NCBI GenBank assembly: GCA_950097015.1
Contig: CATNEN010000034.1
Span: 1,860,001-1,924,000, forward strand
From: Macrostomum hystrix
Lineage: Eukaryota > Animalia > Platyhelminthes
DNA length: 64,000 nt
Direction of reading: 5' to 3'
Shown here: positions 60,001-64,000 of the stretch, piece after piece
Position numbering within the stretch: the stretch's first letter is position 1
Layout: each line of letters begins with the position of its first letter
The notes under the pieces: model-generated
What the model was told of the DNA's origin: nothing
Database searches by the model: none
Seen by the model: the letters and a program-made list of their open reading frames with translations, nothing else
Made by a program: the position numbers and the translations under genes

Positions 60001-61323
60001 TTCAATGAGTGAGACGCTACAATCAATGGTAATTGGTGCGTTTTTCTTTCTGACTTTCTTGGCACGCTTTACTTCCGCTGCAAAAGCAGATGTTTGCAAT
60101 TAATTTATCTCCCTTCCCCCAAGGGGCACCGCATCAGTTTATCAGGAAAGATGTGGGAATCTATAAATAGCTGTGTGAGTGTGCTCACCTCCTGAGCAGA
60201 TTGAGCGCCGCTGATATCTTGCGGCAACGCTTGAAGGCACTTTCGATCCGACTCGGCTCCTGGGCTAGAAATCTGAAATGCGGGGATTAGGGCATTGGGC
60301 TGCTGTTTACTTTGGGAGTTTGGTCGCAATGAGGGAGAATTAATGCGCTAGATTGCCAGTGGCTCCCCCGGAGCAGACAGGACTGTTTGACCTCCCAATC
60401 TTTATCCGCGGGAGATTTTCTTGCGTAGCAGTAACAAAAAATGGCATCTAATCCGGCGATTGTGCAATCCCTAGTCTTCATTTACACAGCTAGATTAGGT
60501 CTAGATTACCGAATGGCGCCACTCATCTTAGAAATTTAGACTGCAAGGACAGACTCTCTGACTGTACTCCTTTGATAATTAACTTTGACTCCGAGTGAGA
60601 CCACGGACCAAGGACTGCTAAAAATAGAAAATACTTTTGATTCAGTGAATCCGGTGAGGTCCAGAATCTACGAGCGAAGTGTCATTTTTTCAAGTGTCAT
60701 TTTTCTACCGGGACATTTTGTCTATGGTCTAATTGTATTGCCGTAATGTGATTTCTCTTCAGCAGTAGAAAGACCAGGCTATCCCCCCTGGGAAAATACC
60801 AAAGGTATTTAAAAAATCCAAATCCGTCCGAGTCAGCATCATCGAGATATTCAGCAATTATTGTCGAAGACCCTGGTGACAAGGACAACTAACAATTCCC
60901 TGTATAAACCTTGCTCTGTATAAGACTACACAGAAATTCGAGAAGTTCTGCCCCTCCCCCAAAAACGACTCACAGCTCGTCTCCGTGGCTCCTGGCAGAG
61001 AAGTCTCGCAACGCCGGCGCCAGCTCGGCCTCAAAGATGGCCCGACCGCCTGCCACTGCCCGGCCGGCGCGGCTGAGGTGCAGCGCCAGGCACTGGATCT
61101 CGTCGGCGCCGACTCTTCGTCGCCTACGCCGTAGGCCATCGGCGGTGTCGTCTCGCAGTTCGTCGACGGAGCGCTCCAGATCGGCGAGGTGGTTATCGAT
61201 GGCCGCCGCTTCTGAACGGTACACAGCTAGAGCGTCTTCCAACTGCTGTTGTTGTTGCTGCTGCTGCTGATGTCGCGAAGGGCAGCGAAAGGCGTCGGAA
61301 GCAGCGAGGTTCGATAAGCAGGT
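57015..61323 (-). CDS. AIP3/SRCIN1/KIAA1217-like coiled-coil protein, 3' part (upstream exons not located)
   Basis: Exons 61323-60974, 58371-58221, 58127-57934 and 57495-57015 have GT-AG boundaries and compatible phases (2, 0, 2). The segment HLADLERSVDELRDD...RRRVGADEIQCLALHLSRAGRAVA resembles the AIP3-family coiled coil of invertebrate SRCIN1-like proteins. The exon structure is solid; the family call is from memory. Confidence 0.55.
57597..57915 (+). mobile_element. SINE family B copy
   Basis: Reverse-complement match to 43835-44182 (GTGTACACTGCCTG, GTGCTCAGGAGTCAGCG, CACCAAATGATGTGCCA). Confidence 0.7.
58435..58630. repeat. 19-bp AT-rich array ATTAAAAGTACATTTGAAT
   Basis: About 10 units. 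Confidence 0.9.
59530..60030. repeat. Minisatellite, 32-bp unit CAATCAATGGTCCTTCAATGTGTGAGACGCTA
   Basis: About 15 units. Confidence 0.95.
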
Positions 61324-61367
61324 CTGAAGAGATAACCAGTGGTTGAGAGTGAGTGATATGATGATAG

Positions 61368-61560
61368 TATTAATATTTGCAGGAAGGCTGTGAGCAATGG
61401 CACATCAGTGGGTGACACTAGACCCGTAGCCATCGAGGAGGCAATTATGTCCATTCCGCTGACTCCTGAGCACACACGCACACACAAGCAGGGTCATGCT
61501 CTTACGTTTTCATCGTCAGGCAGTGTACACTCTCACTGTGCCATAGTGGTTAACCCTCAA
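61368..61560 (-). mobile_element. SINE family B, 5'-truncated copy
   Basis: GCAGGAAGGCTG..TGGCACATCA..GCTGACTCCTGAGCACAC..CATCGTCAGGCAGTGTACAC matches the 43835 copy. Confidence 0.7.
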
Positions 61561-61699
61561 GCTTGTTAAAACAAGCTTCATCGCCATCTAAAACTGAGCG
61601 TGCAATCTCAGCTGGTGCGGTTAATTCCAAATGGTTCCTAGATAATCTGCGACCTCGCTTGATTCAATCAATACGCATTGCAGAGTGGCGCAATCAATT

Positions 61700-61950
61700 C
61701 TTAATGCCCATGTCGGCCAGAAACTGCACTCCATCTCTTTCTCCCTCTCACGGAAGAATATTTGTCTGGATGTTTGCTTTCACTTGAATTCTTTCGCGTC
61801 AAGACTGGCCAATTCAGGAATCCCGGAGGGACACTCAGGGGTATCGTTATAACACACATGGGAACACACTGCCATCTCCCAGGAGTGATGCCTTGGCGAA
61901 GTAGACCTCCCCAAATCCTCCACCCTTAACTCGAGTCCACTTGAATCGCA
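61700..61950 (-). pseudogene. Possible decayed protein-kinase fragment (subdomains I-II)
   Basis: The minus frame reads MRFKWTRVKGGGFGEVYFAKASLLGDGSVFPCVL*, a Gly-rich loop followed by TAA (61849-47) where the catalytic Lys would sit. Confidence 0.35.
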
Positions 61951-63349
61951 TTAAGCTCTACCTCACTGATGGCATACCGCTACAGGAAAAGTGCAAAACA
62001 AATAGCATGTAGCTAGCTCATGATAGAGCCAGAATTAGGACGTGGGCATGAGCCGAATGTTAATCAGCACTTGCCAACCAAGCTGTCTGCTGTCCTGCCA
62101 GCTAAGAGACTGGGCAAAACTGACTTTTTAGAGACCTTAGTCTTCCAGACCTTCCCCGTCCGTTCTTCCGCAGCTGGCTCTCACGCAAACAGAAATGCCC
62201 CTTTTTCTACTTCCTCTCTGTCAATTTATCCTAATCGGGCCTCTTTAAAAAGACAACACGCCGTTATTGGATTCGAAGAAAGGATTTTTAAACAGAGACA
62301 GCCGCCGCAGGAATGTGGAAAATTGTGGCTGGGGCAGCAGACGAAGACTGACTGTATGGCCTCCTCCCGGCGTGACAATATCTTCTAGACCCGTCCTCAG
62401 AATCCGGCAGTAAATTGGTTTAGTAAACAACAGCGGGGACTGCATGCGAGAGCCGAGCGGAGTGGGTGCAGCGGAGTCTGGGAGACACGAGGAGGATGGG
62501 GGAGTAGAATATGGACTATAGAAGACTGAGAGGCCAGCTGGAAGAGGGGATCCAGGAATGGGTGGGTTGTATAGGAGGGCGAGATTGAGGCGAGCCGGAG
62601 ACAGGCGGTGCAGATGACGCTGTCCCCAACTTCCTTCCTTTCTTTCTTCCCCTTCCCCATCTTCCCAAAGCTTTGCTTGTCGAGCCGGTAAAGTGCAGAA
62701 GACTTCCGTAGCGGCTGTGTCCACCGTCCGCCATAATCTCTGCTCTCCACCCGTGTGCCCTCCTGTGTACCTCGGGGCGAAAAACTATTTCTTTCTTGTC
62801 TTCAATATCTGCAGCTGAATCGGAGCGTTGGCCCGTAAAACAACTGTCTATTTCTACAGAATATTTATATCACTCGATTTGTCTCTAGCAATTTGCGGAC
62901 AATCTTTCCCATGACGCAACTCTCGATACAGCCATGAGTCGATTTGGGATCTGGGTGGATGGAGTAGAAATGTTATAACCGGGTGAAATCTGATCGACAC
63001 TAAAAGCCAGGGACATGATTTTAAGTGGTGGAGTCATAAAAATGGGGAACAGGGATATCAAGTAGCATAAATCCCTGAATATGAGGCAAGCATTTTAACC
63101 GTCCATCACTTGACGATCGAACTTCATGAACCCAGATTTAGCATGCAAGTTATAGAAAGCCTATACTCGTAGTATCTCAAAACAACACAATGTGCATAGA
63201 TTTTCATAGAGGATGGGCTTAAAGACATTGTAAAGCATAAGCTTGGAAATCAGCAAAGAAGGCCATCGACTTCCTTTCAGACCAATAAAGCATTGATTGA
63301 GTATTCGCTTCGAACGCTTCATTGAGCGCAGTTTGTAAATAATCGCTAT

Positions 63350-63955
63350 TATAGATAACAGCTGGCTGATAAAGCGAGAGGCAGCATCAACCCAGGGTCA
63401 GGACTAGCCCAGTGTACATAACAGCTGGCCGATAAAGCGAGAGGCAGCATCAACCCAGGGTTAGGACTAGCCCAGTGTACATAACAGCTGGCTGATAAAG
63501 CGAGAAGCAGCATCAAACCAGGGTCAGGACTAGCCCAGTGTACATAACAACTGGCCGATAAAGCGAGAGGCAGCATCAACCCAGGGTCAGGACTAGCCCA
63601 GTGTACATAACAACTGGCCGATAAAGCGAGAGGCAGCATCAATCCAGGGTCAGGACTAGCCCAGTGTACATAACAACTGGCCGATAAAGCGAGAGGCAGC
63701 ATCAACCCAGGGTTAGGACTAGCCCAGTGTACATAACAGCTGGCCGATAAAGCGAGAGGCAGCATCAACCCAGGGTCAGGACTAGCCCAGTGTACATAAC
63801 AACTGGCCGATAAAGCGAGAAGCAGCACCAACCCAGGGTCAGGACTAGCCCAGTGTACATAACAACTGGCCGATAAAGCGAGAGGCAGCATCAATCCAGG
63901 GTCAGGACTAGCCCAGTGTACATAACAGCTGGCTGATAACGAGATAGGCAGCGTC
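63350..63955. repeat. 63-bp tandem repeat ATAACAGCTGGCCGATAAAGCGAGAGGCAGCATCAACCCAGGGTCAGGACTAGCCCAGTGTAC
   Basis: About 9.5 near-identical units. Confidence 0.95.
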
Positions 63956-64000
63956 ATCCACTTAAGTAAGGTAGGGAAGGAAGTACACAAGGATGTACAG

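Overview
This is eukaryotic (animal) genomic DNA, not prokaryotic. It has GC-rich Ala/Gln-run exons, spliceosomal introns and roughly a third of its length in intronic or intergenic minisatellites. That style suggests a flatworm such as Macrostomum (inference only). Genes read by hand: the 3' end of a type I inositol-polyphosphate 5-phosphatase (INPP5A, +); three co-oriented minus-strand genes, SSR2/TRAP-beta, a TLDc-domain protein and an uninterrupted LAPTM4; a complete ~28-exon T-type calcium channel (Cav3, +, 18551-~55 kb, EEDD filter, ~1900 aa); and the 3' part of an AIP3/SRCIN1-like coiled-coil gene (-). Two tRNA-derived SINE families (3 and 4 copies, one nested in the other with a target-site duplication) and about 30 tandem arrays are present. 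Nearly all long ORFs in the supplied track are translated satellites. The most striking observation concerns splicing of Cav3. Intron 1 is a 6.8-kb U12-type AT-AC intron containing ~85 tandem perfect U2 donor motifs, intron 2 is an amplified copy of its own donor site, and intron 6 is a ~1.6-kb array of TTTTCAG acceptor motifs. No CRISPR, rRNA or intact tRNA was found.
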